Below the pieces are notes generated by a model. That model saw only the letters and a list, made by a program, of their open reading frames with translations. It did not search any database and was not told the origin of the DNA. DNA of 49,117 nt from assembly GCA_964614115.1 (NCBI GenBank), contig CAZTKR010000002.1, positions 1-49,117 on the forward strand, read 5' to 3'. This document shows positions 8,425 to 17,847 of the stretch, piece by piece. Each line of letters starts with the position of its first letter. Positions within the stretch are counted from its first letter, which is position 1. Both the position numbers and the translations under genes were made by a program. This DNA is from an uncultured bacterium. Lineage in GTDB: Bacteria > Zhuqueibacterota > QNDG01 > DSAB01.

Positions 8425-9573
8425 CTATTTCAACTTCATCATTTTTCGCACACGGACGTCCTGATCCGTCTTGAGACGATAATAATAGATTCCAGAGCTC
8501 AACTCATGTCCGGAATCGTCTCCTCCGTTCCAGGGCACCGCGTGGTATCCGGGTGGTTTGGTCTCAGCCACCAGTAATCGCACGTTCTCTCCCAGGAGGT
8601 TAAAAATCGTTAATTCGACCCGGGATTCTATCGGAATTTGAAAACCGATGTTTGTGGTCGGGTTAAAGGGATTCGGGTGGTTTTGAAACAGTTCGAACTG
8701 GACGGGCATGAAGGCATCGTCACCCTCCGGCACTGCGGTCGGTCCGTCCCATCCGCCCAGGCGTGCCAGCATCCACCAGACGGCCCTGCCTTTTTGATCA
8801 CAGCTTGAGAATGTGGTATGCCCCGCTTCATCGCCGTGAAATTGGCCATGCTCGACGGGTACGGTGGCACCGTCGTACATGAACGTGGCCTGTTCCCAGC
8901 TTCCGGACCCAGAGTTAAACCACCAGCTATCCAGGTCGGCAAAGTCGAACAGGACTTTGTTGTTGTTTGTACAGTACTGGCGTATCTGGTTGTTGTTCTG
9001 GTACCGATTATAACCGTCCCATCCGGTTCCTTGGGCGTTTCCCGTCATATAAATGAAAGTGACCATGGGGAATTCGGCCTCCAACTGGGTCATGGCATCC
9101 AGGTATTCCTGCACTTCTCCCTGGCCGTAGTAATCCATTTGGGTGCACCAGGACCACATCGAATAATTGATGGTCGGGTTGTGGTTGAGCACATCACGGG
9201 TTCTGTTCAGGCCATCCTCCCCCTGCCAGTAGAGATCGGGTGTGATGTAATCGTCGTATTCCTGGCCGTCGAAGATACAGAGAGCTCCCGGTACGTTGGG
9301 CAGGGAATACAGTTCACGAGCCACATCGTACATGGCGTTTTCATTCTCAAGGCGTTCAAGACCGGTCGTTAATTGCTCTCCGTGGGACGTGTGGGCATAA
9401 TGCAATTTGATTGCACTCTTGACAAAGTTGATCCAGAGAAACGGTATTCGATTGAGATCTGTGTAGTTGTGGTCGATGAACAGGCCTTGGGAGAATGAAG
9501 GTATGGCTGTGCATGCCCACACCAATCCTATGAGGATACCCATGAAAGTGACAGTGTGTTTTGTTCTATTCAT
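8425..9573 (-). CDS. secreted protein with a T9SS-type (FlgD-Ig-like) C-terminal sorting domain; N-terminal domain unknown
   Basis: Signal peptide MNRTKHTVTFMGILIGLVWACTAIPSFSQG. The C-terminal ~85 aa (NHPNPFNPTTNIGFQIP..VELTIFNLLGENVRLL..GYHAVPWNGGDDSGHELSSGIYYYRLKTD...RKMMKLK) is the classic por-secretion CTD pattern. GGAGGG SD. Confidence 0.8.
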   Translation of the reverse strand: MNRTKHTVTFMGILIGLVWACTAIPSFSQGLFIDHNYTDLNRIPFLWINFVKSAIKLHYAHTSHGEQLTTGLERLENENAMYDVARELYSLPNVPGALCIFDGQEYDDYITPDLYWQGEDGLNRTRDVLNHNPTINYSMWSWCTQMDYYGQGEVQEYLDAMTQLEAEFPMVTFIYMTGNAQGTGWDGYNRYQNNNQIRQYCTNNNKVLFDFADLDSWWFNSGSGSWEQATFMYDGATVPVEHGQFHGDEAGHTTFSSCDQKGRAVWWMLARLGGWDGPTAVPEGDDAFMPVQFELFQNHPNPFNPTTNIGFQIPIESRVELTIFNLLGENVRLLVAETKPPGYHAVPWNGGDDSGHELSSGIYYYRLKTDQDVRVRKMMKLK

Positions 9574-9665
9574 GGATTAGCCCTCCGCCTTTTGTGAAAC
9601 GTATCCTTCGTTTTATGACCATGTAAAAAGATCAAAATTAAAATGCTCATCGATGAAACCCACAC

Positions 9666-11360
9666 TCATGCATTGCGCAGGACGATACCCGGAAGTTCAC
9701 CGGTGTGTGTCCCTTTCTCGATGACGACGCGGCCGTTGACGATGACAAACTCGATCCCCAGGGGGTACTGATGGGGATGGGTGAACGTGGCCTTGTCGAT
9801 GACCGTCTCTGGATCGAACAGGACGATATCGGCAAATTTCCCCTGGGCGAGTACACCTCGATCCACGAGCCTGAATTTTTCAGCAGGCAACGAGGTGATT
9901 CTCCGAATGGCTTCGTGCAGGGGAAGGATTTTTTGTTTACGTACATAATGACCCAAATAGCGTGGGAACGTTCCGTAATACCTGGGATGGGGATTTCCTT
10001 TGCCCAGAATGCCGTATGGCGCTGCTGCCACGCCGTCGGAGCCGACCATGGTCAAGGGGAACCCCAGGACCTTCTCCGTGTTTTCCTCACTCATACCGAA
10101 TCCACAGATGCCCACATCCCCTTGCTCTTCGACCAGGAGTGTGCGCACAAAGGCGTAGGGATCTCGTCTGACTTCCAGTGCCAACTGCTGTACGTTTTTC
10201 CCCAGCAGGTCGTTCTTGTCCTCGGATTTCAGTCGAGTGATCAACACCCGATCCCAGGCTCCCAGTGCATCGACCCTGTCGACGACAAACGGTTTCATTC
10301 TTTCCCACTGGGTGTTGTCTTTCAGCCGGGCCACAAAGTCCTCGTTGGTTCCTTGCCGGGCCCACATGGGAAACATGATCCTCATGGACGTGGCCCACGC
10401 CGCATAGGTATATCGATCGGCATGAACCCGCACTCCCTCACGGCTGGCCTGCTGGATACGTTGGAGAACGCGCGGCAACTTATGCCAGTTCCTTTTCTGG
10501 CTGGCCTTGAGGTGGGAAATCTGAAGGTCGACATCCGCTTCTCTGGCGATGCGGAGGGCTTCCGCCAGGGCTTCCTCCAAACGGATATCCTCGCTTCGCA
10601 TATGGGTGGCATACACGCCCCCAAACTCTGCTACGACTTTGCAGAGTTGAATGATTTCCTCTGTCTTGGCAAAGCTGCCCGGCGTGTATTCCAGTCCGGT
10701 AGACAGGCCGAAAACGCCCTGCTCCATGGCCTGGTGCAGGGCCCGCTTCATGGCGTCCATATCGTCGGTCGTGGGTTGCCTGTCCTCAAGGCCCATGACC
10801 ACGCCCCGGAGCGTGCCATGACCCAAGAAAGGGACAAAGTTGACGGCCGTGCCATTTTTTTCCAGGCGGCGGAGGAACCCGTCGGCATCGGTCCAGTCGA
10901 CGGTGATGCCGTACTCTTCCTGCATGTCCTTCTTGGCTTTTTCCCAGGCGGGACCGCCCACGGGGAATGGCGAGTCCCCGCATTGGCCAGTAACTTCGGT
11001 CGTCACTCCCTGACGAATCTTGCTTTCGGCATTGGGATTGACCAGCAGGAGGTGATCGGTGTGACTGTGGGCATCGATAAAGCCGGGTGACACGGCCAGA
11101 CCGGCGGCGTCGATGATGCGGTGTGACGTTCTGCCGGCCAGGTCGCCCACGGCCGTGATCCGGTTGCCCCGAAGGCCCACATCGGCAGCAAAGGGATCGC
11201 CCCCCAGACCATCGTATACCGTGCCTCCCCGGATGATGATGTCGAATTCCCTGCGGGTACAGCCGACGAAGAGGCGGGACCCGGCCGGCATCAAACCGAT
11301 GACGAGACCGGTACGGGCTGCCTGCTTCAGAAAATCGCGCCTGGACGTATTTTTTAACAT
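9666..11360 (-). CDS. N-acyl-D-amino-acid deacylase (D-aminoacylase), amidohydrolase superfamily, Tat-exported
   Basis: Twin-arginine signal SRRDFLKQAA. IIRGGTVYDGLGGDPFAADVGLRGNRITAVGDL and PGFIDAHSHTD metal-binding motif. 564 aa, typical of D-aminoacylases. Confidence 0.85.
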   Translation of the reverse strand: MLKNTSRRDFLKQAARTGLVIGLMPAGSRLFVGCTRREFDIIIRGGTVYDGLGGDPFAADVGLRGNRITAVGDLAGRTSHRIIDAAGLAVSPGFIDAHSHTDHLLLVNPNAESKIRQGVTTEVTGQCGDSPFPVGGPAWEKAKKDMQEEYGITVDWTDADGFLRRLEKNGTAVNFVPFLGHGTLRGVVMGLEDRQPTTDDMDAMKRALHQAMEQGVFGLSTGLEYTPGSFAKTEEIIQLCKVVAEFGGVYATHMRSEDIRLEEALAEALRIAREADVDLQISHLKASQKRNWHKLPRVLQRIQQASREGVRVHADRYTYAAWATSMRIMFPMWARQGTNEDFVARLKDNTQWERMKPFVVDRVDALGAWDRVLITRLKSEDKNDLLGKNVQQLALEVRRDPYAFVRTLLVEEQGDVGICGFGMSEENTEKVLGFPLTMVGSDGVAAAPYGILGKGNPHPRYYGTFPRYLGHYVRKQKILPLHEAIRRITSLPAEKFRLVDRGVLAQGKFADIVLFDPETVIDKATFTHPHQYPLGIEFVIVNGRVVIEKGTHTGELPGIVLRNA

Positions 11361-11499
11361 CGGTTCATTCTCCTTCCTATATGATTATTTTGATTAATAA
11401 TCCGTCAACATCGTAACAGTGTATAGATAAATTCCAGATTAAAACGTCCGTAAATGATGAGTGTCAATGAATTCACATATCGATCTTCCGTCGTCGGTA

Positions 11500-12057
11500 T
11501 TAGGGTGTCAAGACGACATGTTCGAGGACGATCTTCACACCGATACCGATGAGCACGAGGCCGCCCACGATCTCGATCTTATTTTCGAAGAAATGGCCGA
11601 GGCGGTCTCCCATGTACACACCGATAAACGAGAATAAAAATGTGATGATACCGATGACGAGGACCGGCAAGAGTATGGAGACGTGCAGGAAAGCGAACGT
11701 AATGCCGACGGCCAGGGCGTCGATACTGGTAGCCACAGAAAGCAAAAGCAGGACAGACATTTGAAGCGGGTCCTTCTTATCTTCCATGGGTTTCATCCGG
11801 CGTCCCTCATAGATCATCTTGCCTCCGATGAAACACAGAAGACCGAAGGCGATCCAATGGTCCACCTCGGCGATGAATGCACGAACACTGAGTCCTGCCA
11901 ACCACCCGACCAGGGGCATGACGGCCTGGAACACGCCAAAAAAAAGCGCGATACGGAGGGCATGCCTGATTTGCAGGCTTTTGATCGTCAGCCCGCTGGT
12001 GATGGAGACGGCAAAGGCATCCATGGCCAGTCCCACGGCAATAAACACGGTATCCAT
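11500..12057 (-). CDS. mntP: manganese efflux pump MntP
   Basis: Two DUF204 repeats (GLAMDAFAVSITSG and TSIDALAVGITFA) and six hydrophobic segments. ATG 12057; the track start 12060 is a TTG one codon upstream. Confidence 0.88.
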   Translation of the reverse strand: MDTVFIAVGLAMDAFAVSITSGLTIKSLQIRHALRIALFFGVFQAVMPLVGWLAGLSVRAFIAEVDHWIAFGLLCFIGGKMIYEGRRMKPMEDKKDPLQMSVLLLLSVATSIDALAVGITFAFLHVSILLPVLVIGIITFLFSFIGVYMGDRLGHFFENKIEIVGGLVLIGIGVKIVLEHVVLTP

Positions 12058-12117
12058 CAAAAATCGCTACAAAAAATAGAGTTGTTATATGCTTGACTTT
12101 GCTGTCGAGCCAGTCCC

Positions 12118-14535
12118 TCAGCCGGTGCTTCTACTGGCCCACACAAATGCCAGAAAGGCCAGACCGTAACATCCCAGGCCCGACCAGAAGGATACGGATA
12201 TGCTGGAGCTCAGGGCGATGGCCACGGCAAAAACAGAGGCACAGACCGACGTGGCACCGTTGATTCCCCAGAGCCAGGGGGTCAGGGATGTGGATTTGGT
12301 CGATGCGATTTTCATGCCCAGCGGAAACGCCATTCCCATAAAAAAGCCCAGGGGCAGGAGGATGCCCGTTGCCACGAGGATACGCAGCGGTGTTGTGCTC
12401 CCCCGGAAGGCGACTGTGGCATGGGGCGTCAGGATGCCGAAGATGATCAGCACACCCAGGAGCAAGAGGAGCCTTATGACAGGAACAGTTCGGGTCTGGA
12501 TGTTTATCCTCTGCGTCGAGAAACTGCCGAGACCGCTAGAGAGCAGCATGGCGAAGAGGACGACCGACAGACCATACGTCGGATGGCCCAGGAAGACGAT
12601 GAGTCTCTGCATTTGAGAGATTTCCACGAGCATGAAACCCAAACCGATCCCTGCAAAGAACAGGAACAGGGACGTGGAGCCCTTCAGGTCTACTTTTTTC
12701 GTCGTCAGGATGAGCGGGACGATGATGCACAGAAAAGTCAGGCCTATGACGATGACGAGCAGTACGCCCAGTATATAGACGGCTTTCATGTTGAAGTCCA
12801 GGTTCTCTGGCGACCACTGTCCTTTTTTAAACAGATCCCAGAGACGGATCATGTTGAAGAAGAACGGACTGTCGTCGGTGGGGGGAGCAATGTTGACAGG
12901 ATAACTGGCCAGGAAGGCGTCGATGTTTTTGCCAGAAGCGATGGTGGCAAATGTCGAATCGATGGAATGTTCCGGCGTGAGAACCACGTCAAACCGGAGA
13001 CGTCGACAGACCGCTTCGACGGTGTCGATGGCTGCATCGGAGAACGGCTGATTGCTGACCATCATCGTACCCACACCTTCGGGTGCGTCGATGTACGATT
13101 CATGCATGCGTTTCACGATGATGATATGATTCCGCGGATTCTCGATACCCATGTGCTTAAGGGCCGTTACTGCCAGGGTCGTGAGTCTGTACATTTCCCT
13201 CGGCCGGTCGGAAAAGTACCATCGGGAAAAAGAGAGAACACCGTCGGGTTGAAGGCGCTGGAGGAAGATTTTCCATGCCTCGGTCGTGTAGAGCGAATTT
13301 TCGGTGAGTACGAAGGCACCGGCCGCCGTGGCAGCCCAGGTATCGATGAGGGAGACCTGGAGGATGTCGAACTTCTTATCCAGGCGGGTGATATAACTTC
13401 GCGCTTCGTCTTCCACGAATGTGACTTTTGGATGTTGATCCAGATGGCCCGTGAAATCGCCGAAGCAGTTGTTGACCGCATCGATGATGTCTCCGTTGAT
13501 TTCCACGCCCACGACGGATTTCTGGTCGAACGCCAGGGCCGAGAGAATATCCCTGCCGCCGCCCGAACCGACCACCAGCATGTCGGCATCGGATTTGATA
13601 TAATGAACGATATTGGTCACATCGTACTTAAGATGTTCGAGGTCGCTCATGTGCCCGTCAAAATACGTCAGGATCGTGCCAGCGGCCGCGTCGATGTTGA
13701 GCCCCAACTGTCTCACCAGTCGGTTGGTGGGGTATTCGGAGCTCAGTCCCCAGCCGAAGGGACGTTCGGGCCGGTCCGGATCGCCCCAGACTTTAATGCG
13801 GGAGAAGGAATTCCATTTCTCGTACACAGGACGGGGCTCGATTTCACCCTTTACCCAGACCAGCCGGAGAAGGGGAAACTGCTTCCACACGAACACAGTG
13901 TGCACGGCTGTGAAGGCCAGAAGGAGAATGCAGGTTATGACAGCGGCACGCTTGAGTTTGGGGTGATGTACACCGGAAAGGAAGAACAGAGCTCCCAGGC
14001 TGGCCAGCATGGCGACGGCAAATACGGCTGTGGGACCGTCGGTGATGCGCAGTACATAGACCAGGAGGATACAGCCCAGGGCGGCCCCTGCCAAGTCGGC
14101 CGCATAAAGCTGGCTCACGCGGCGAGGAAATTTGGTCAGAGCCAGACAGACGCATACGCCGCTCAGGACGAACGGTGCAGCGATGACCACGTACGTCAGT
14201 GTCAGGGAGTACAAACCGACAATGGATTTATGCGTGATGAAGGGAATGCACAGATGCGTGAGAAAGCTGACGACGATGGAGATAGCAAATCCCAGGGCAC
14301 TCAGGGCCAGGTGGTATCGTGCGCGTTCTTGGGTGAAATACCGGGGAAACAGGTATACCAGTATGGCACCCACGGTCATGCCAAACAAGGCCACAGAGAT
14401 GGCCAGGAAGGCGAAGTGGTACCACATGGTGACGCTGAAGATGCGTGTGAGGAGGATTTCGTACATCAGAGTCGATAGCGTGATCATGAAGAGTCCTGCG
14501 TAGGTCTGTTTCTTCACCGTTGGCTCTGAGTTCAT
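12118..14535 (-). CDS. fused MFS-like membrane domain / spermidine-synthase-like protein, paralog A
   Basis: N-terminal multi-TM region (YAGLFMITLSTLMYEILLTRIFSVTMWYHFAFLAISVALFGMT). Central aminopropyl/methyltransferase-fold core (MLVVGSGGGRDILSAL...VGVEINGDIID...VSLIDTWAATAAGAFVLTEN). C-terminal multi-TM region. ATG 14535 preceded by GGAG with 8-nt spacing. The track start 14580 is a TTG inside the upstream gene. Confidence 0.85.
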   Translation of the reverse strand: MNSEPTVKKQTYAGLFMITLSTLMYEILLTRIFSVTMWYHFAFLAISVALFGMTVGAILVYLFPRYFTQERARYHLALSALGFAISIVVSFLTHLCIPFITHKSIVGLYSLTLTYVVIAAPFVLSGVCVCLALTKFPRRVSQLYAADLAGAALGCILLVYVLRITDGPTAVFAVAMLASLGALFFLSGVHHPKLKRAAVITCILLLAFTAVHTVFVWKQFPLLRLVWVKGEIEPRPVYEKWNSFSRIKVWGDPDRPERPFGWGLSSEYPTNRLVRQLGLNIDAAAGTILTYFDGHMSDLEHLKYDVTNIVHYIKSDADMLVVGSGGGRDILSALAFDQKSVVGVEINGDIIDAVNNCFGDFTGHLDQHPKVTFVEDEARSYITRLDKKFDILQVSLIDTWAATAAGAFVLTENSLYTTEAWKIFLQRLQPDGVLSFSRWYFSDRPREMYRLTTLAVTALKHMGIENPRNHIIIVKRMHESYIDAPEGVGTMMVSNQPFSDAAIDTVEAVCRRLRFDVVLTPEHSIDSTFATIASGKNIDAFLASYPVNIAPPTDDSPFFFNMIRLWDLFKKGQWSPENLDFNMKAVYILGVLLVIVIGLTFLCIIVPLILTTKKVDLKGSTSLFLFFAGIGLGFMLVEISQMQRLIVFLGHPTYGLSVVLFAMLLSSGLGSFSTQRINIQTRTVPVIRLLLLLGVLIIFGILTPHATVAFRGSTTPLRILVATGILLPLGFFMGMAFPLGMKIASTKSTSLTPWLWGINGATSVCASVFAVAIALSSSISVSFWSGLGCYGLAFLAFVWASRSTG

Positions 14536-14540
14536 TCGGT

Positions 14541-15233
14541 TCACTCCTTGTCGAGGTCTGAGTAATATTTTTTGATGCAATCGGGACAGATACCATGGCT
14601 GAATTGTACATCGGAATGTTCGCTGACATAGACTTCCACCTGCCGCCAGTACCCCTCATCGTCCCGAACTTTCTTGCAATGGGCACATATGGGCAGGAGC
14701 CCTCTCAGCGTTTTAATCTTGTCCATGGCGGCCTGAAGGTCAAGGATCAACTGTTCACGTTCTCTCTCGGCCTTGACCCGCTCTGACGCATCCCGCAATG
14801 TGACTAAAATGGCGCTATCGTCATACCAGGGTATCATCGTTGCCGTCAAATCCACGATGCAGCCAGAACCGTCGCGGCGGCGCAATTCCTCCACGAACGC
14901 CGTTCCGTAGACTTTGATGTTCTCCAATGCGGCTGTTTTCGATTCCTCGGCATCCGCCGGAAAGAGCACGGAGAAATGTTCGTTGATGAGCTCACCATGG
15001 TCATAGCCGAGAATAGAGCGTGTCGTCCTGTTGGTTTCCAGGATCTCACCCGTATTTCCGTCGACGATCAGGAGGGCATCCAGGGAACCGTGGAAGATGG
15101 CATGAAAGAGCGTCTTATACGGATCGGTCGAATTCCCGAGGGTTTTGTCTTTCGGGATATCGCTCCTGGTATCCGATGGACGATGAACAGGCCGTTTTTT
15201 ATCCTTCTGCGAGGTTGTCTTTCTACGTGCCAT
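14541..15233 (-). CDS. PAS-domain protein with a C-terminal 4-Cys (CxxC...CxxC) module
   Basis: PAS-like core (LDALLIVDGNTGEILETNRTTRSILGYDHGELINEHFSVLF...GCIVDLTATMIPWYD), then a coiled segment, then LPICAHCKKVRDDEGYWRQVEVYVSEHSDVQFSHGICPDCIKKYY. The start is uncertain. ATG 15233 overlaps the stop of paralog B (ATGGCACGTAG). Alternatives are ATG 15269 and GTG 15311. Confidence 0.75.
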   Translation of the reverse strand: MARRKTTSQKDKKRPVHRPSDTRSDIPKDKTLGNSTDPYKTLFHAIFHGSLDALLIVDGNTGEILETNRTTRSILGYDHGELINEHFSVLFPADAEESKTAALENIKVYGTAFVEELRRRDGSGCIVDLTATMIPWYDDSAILVTLRDASERVKAEREREQLILDLQAAMDKIKTLRGLLPICAHCKKVRDDEGYWRQVEVYVSEHSDVQFSHGICPDCIKKYYSDLDKE

Positions 15234-17640
15234 GACGAGTCCACATAAACGCAAGAACAGCGATTCCATAACAGCCGAAACCTGTCCAGAATGACGTCGA
15301 GATACCGGCACTCAGGGCGATGGCCACGGCAAATACAGAGGCACACACCGACGTGGCCCCGTTGATTCCCCAGAGCCAGGGTGTAACGTATTCCGATCGG
15401 GAAGAGGCGATCTTCATGCCCAGGGGGAAGGCCATGCCCATGAAGAGCCCCAGGGGGAAGAGGATGATGACGGCGATGAGAATGCGCAAGGGGGTGACCG
15501 ATCCCTGAAACGTCCGGATCATCTGGGGTGTGAGCAGACCGAATAAAACCAGAATGCCCAGGAGAAGCGATAGACGGATGAGCGGAGACGCCGTTTCCGT
15601 GGGGCCGATTTTCTGCGTCGAGTAGCTGCCCAGACCACTGGACAGGAGCATGGCGAAGAGGACGACCGACAATCCATACGTGGGATGGCCCAGGAAGACG
15701 ATGAGCCTTTGCATCTGAGAGACCTCCACCAGCATGAATCCCAGTCCGATGGAAGCAAAGAAAAGAAACAGGGGCAGAGAGCCTTTCAGGTCTTTTTGTT
15801 TCGTCTTCAGCGCCAGGGGGATGATGATGCAGAGCAGGGTCAGGCCGATGACGACAAAAAGCAGTATCCCCAGGATGTAAACGGCCTTCATGTTGATGCT
15901 CATCGTGCCCTGTTCCAGGAGCTCCCGGTTGAAAATGTCCTTCAGGCGGAGCATGTGAAAGAAGAACGGGTTGTCGTCGGTGGGGGCTGCGATGTTGATG
16001 GGGAAGGCCTTTACGAATGCGTCGAGGTTCTCGCCCGAGGCGATGGCCGCGAACTCATCGTCCAGTGCAAAACGGGGGCTGAGGACCATGTCGAATTTCA
16101 TACGCTGAGCCACATCATCGATGATCGTCACATCCTCATGGGTGAACGGGCTCTTACTCACCAGAACGGTGGCCACACCCACGGGCGCCTCCACGCCGTC
16201 GGATGTGATCATGCATTTCACCAGGATGATATGCTTGCGGGATTGGGTGATACCCAGAGATTTCAGGGAGGACACCGCCAGGGAGATCAGCCGGTATGCC
16301 TCGCCGGGACGGTCCCGGAAATACCACCGTGAAAAAGTCAACACACCCTGGGGCGTGATGTGCTCCAGGAATATTTTCCATGCTTCCCGGGTATACAGAG
16401 CATTCTCGGTGAACACGAAAGCGCCCGACGCCGTGGCGGCCCAGGTATCGATGAGAGAGACCTGGATAACATCATACTGCCTCTCCTGCCTGGCGATGTA
16501 GCTGCGGGCTTCGTCGTTCACAAAACGCACGTTGGGAATACGGTCGAGATGACCGGTAAAATCACCGAAACGGCGATTGACTGCGTCGATGATGTCTTCG
16601 TTGATTTCCACGCCAGTTGCCGACTTCTGGTCGAACACCAGGGCCGAGAGAACATCCCTGCCGCCGCCTGCTCCGATGGCCAGGATGTCGGACTGGGGCC
16701 GGATGTAGTGAACCAGGTTCGTGACATCGTACTTAAGATACTCCAGATCGTTGAGATCCCCGTCGAAGGCCGTGAGGGGTGTATAGGCGATGGCATCGAT
16801 GTTCAGACCCAGTTGCCGGACCTGCTTATCGGCTGGATACGTCGGACTGATGCCCCAGCCAAAGGGCGGTTCGGGCCGGTTGGGATCCCCCCAAACGCCG
16901 ATACGCGAGAAGGAATTCCATTTTTCATAGATCGGACGCGTTTCCATCTGGCCTTTCACCCAGATCAGTCGTAGCAGGGATTTTTGATGAGCCACGAAGA
17001 CCGTATGCACCGCAGAAAATACGAACAGGGAGACACTGACCAGGATGGCCCACCGTTTTAGTTTTGGGGCGTGTCCGCCCGTGGAGAAAAAGAGAGCTCC
17101 TGCACCGGCCATAGCGGCCACGATGACAACGGCCGTGGGACCGTCGGTGATTCTCAGCACATAAATGAAAAGGATGCATCCCAGGGCGGCGCCCGCCAAA
17201 TCTGCCGCATAAAGCCGGCTGACCTGTCCGGGGAATCGGGTAAGTGCCAGACACACGCATATGCCGCTGAACACGAATGGTAGTGCGATGACCACATAAT
17301 TCAAAGCGATGGAATACACGCCGACGACTGATTTATGCGTGATAAAGGGGATCGATAGATGGGTGAGGAAGCTGATGACGATGGAGACGGCGAATCCCAG
17401 AGCGCTCAGGCCGAGTTGGTAACGGGTACGCTGGGGAGAGAACACGCCGGGCAAGAGGTAGACGATGATCGCTCCCGCCGTCATCCCGAACATGGCCACG
17501 GATATGGCAAGGAACGCGAAGTGGTACCACATGGTGACGCTGAAGATACGGGTAAGGAGTATCTCATACATCAGTGTCGCCAGCGTAATAAAAAAGAGGC
17601 CCGCGTAGGTTGCCCGTGTCGCCTTGAGTTCCGTGCGCAT
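15223..17640 (-). CDS. fused MFS-like membrane domain / spermidine-synthase-like protein, paralog B
   Basis: Collinear with paralog A over the whole length (YAGLFFITLATLMYEILLTRIFSVTMWYHFAFLAISVAMFGMT; ILAIGAGGGRDVLSAL; VSLIDTWAATASGAFVFTEN; identical stretch MQRLIVFLGHPTYGLSVVLFAMLLSSGLGS). ATG 17640 preceded by GGGAG with 8-nt spacing. The track start 17649 is a GTG. Confidence 0.85.
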   Translation of the reverse strand: MRTELKATRATYAGLFFITLATLMYEILLTRIFSVTMWYHFAFLAISVAMFGMTAGAIIVYLLPGVFSPQRTRYQLGLSALGFAVSIVISFLTHLSIPFITHKSVVGVYSIALNYVVIALPFVFSGICVCLALTRFPGQVSRLYAADLAGAALGCILFIYVLRITDGPTAVVIVAAMAGAGALFFSTGGHAPKLKRWAILVSVSLFVFSAVHTVFVAHQKSLLRLIWVKGQMETRPIYEKWNSFSRIGVWGDPNRPEPPFGWGISPTYPADKQVRQLGLNIDAIAYTPLTAFDGDLNDLEYLKYDVTNLVHYIRPQSDILAIGAGGGRDVLSALVFDQKSATGVEINEDIIDAVNRRFGDFTGHLDRIPNVRFVNDEARSYIARQERQYDVIQVSLIDTWAATASGAFVFTENALYTREAWKIFLEHITPQGVLTFSRWYFRDRPGEAYRLISLAVSSLKSLGITQSRKHIILVKCMITSDGVEAPVGVATVLVSKSPFTHEDVTIIDDVAQRMKFDMVLSPRFALDDEFAAIASGENLDAFVKAFPINIAAPTDDNPFFFHMLRLKDIFNRELLEQGTMSINMKAVYILGILLFVVIGLTLLCIIIPLALKTKQKDLKGSLPLFLFFASIGLGFMLVEVSQMQRLIVFLGHPTYGLSVVLFAMLLSSGLGSYSTQKIGPTETASPLIRLSLLLGILVLFGLLTPQMIRTFQGSVTPLRILIAVIILFPLGLFMGMAFPLGMKIASSRSEYVTPWLWGINGATSVCASVFAVAIALSAGISTSFWTGFGCYGIAVLAFMWTRHGT

Positions 17641-17847
17641 ACGTCTCACTCCCTGTCCTTATCCCCGTGGCTGTATTCGATTACTGCGACCATTTGGATA
17701 GAGAAATGTACGATTTTTTGCCATATGGATCAAGATTTATTTGGCCGTCCTGTGATTTAAAGGATCCATTTCAGGTTAAAAATCGTTATATTTAGATATT
17801 GTAGTAAAGAGGGTCATCGGAAAGAGTACGGAAGGAAGGTGCTTTCC

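Noticed and set aside
12058-12117. Possible yybP-ykoY manganese riboswitch upstream of mntP, the common arrangement for this gene.
   Set aside because: Only 60 nt separate mntP from the stop of the upstream gene. That is too short for the ~100+ nt riboswitch, and I see none of its conserved G-rich/ACATA-type segments. mntP is more likely co-transcribed with the upstream paralog operon.
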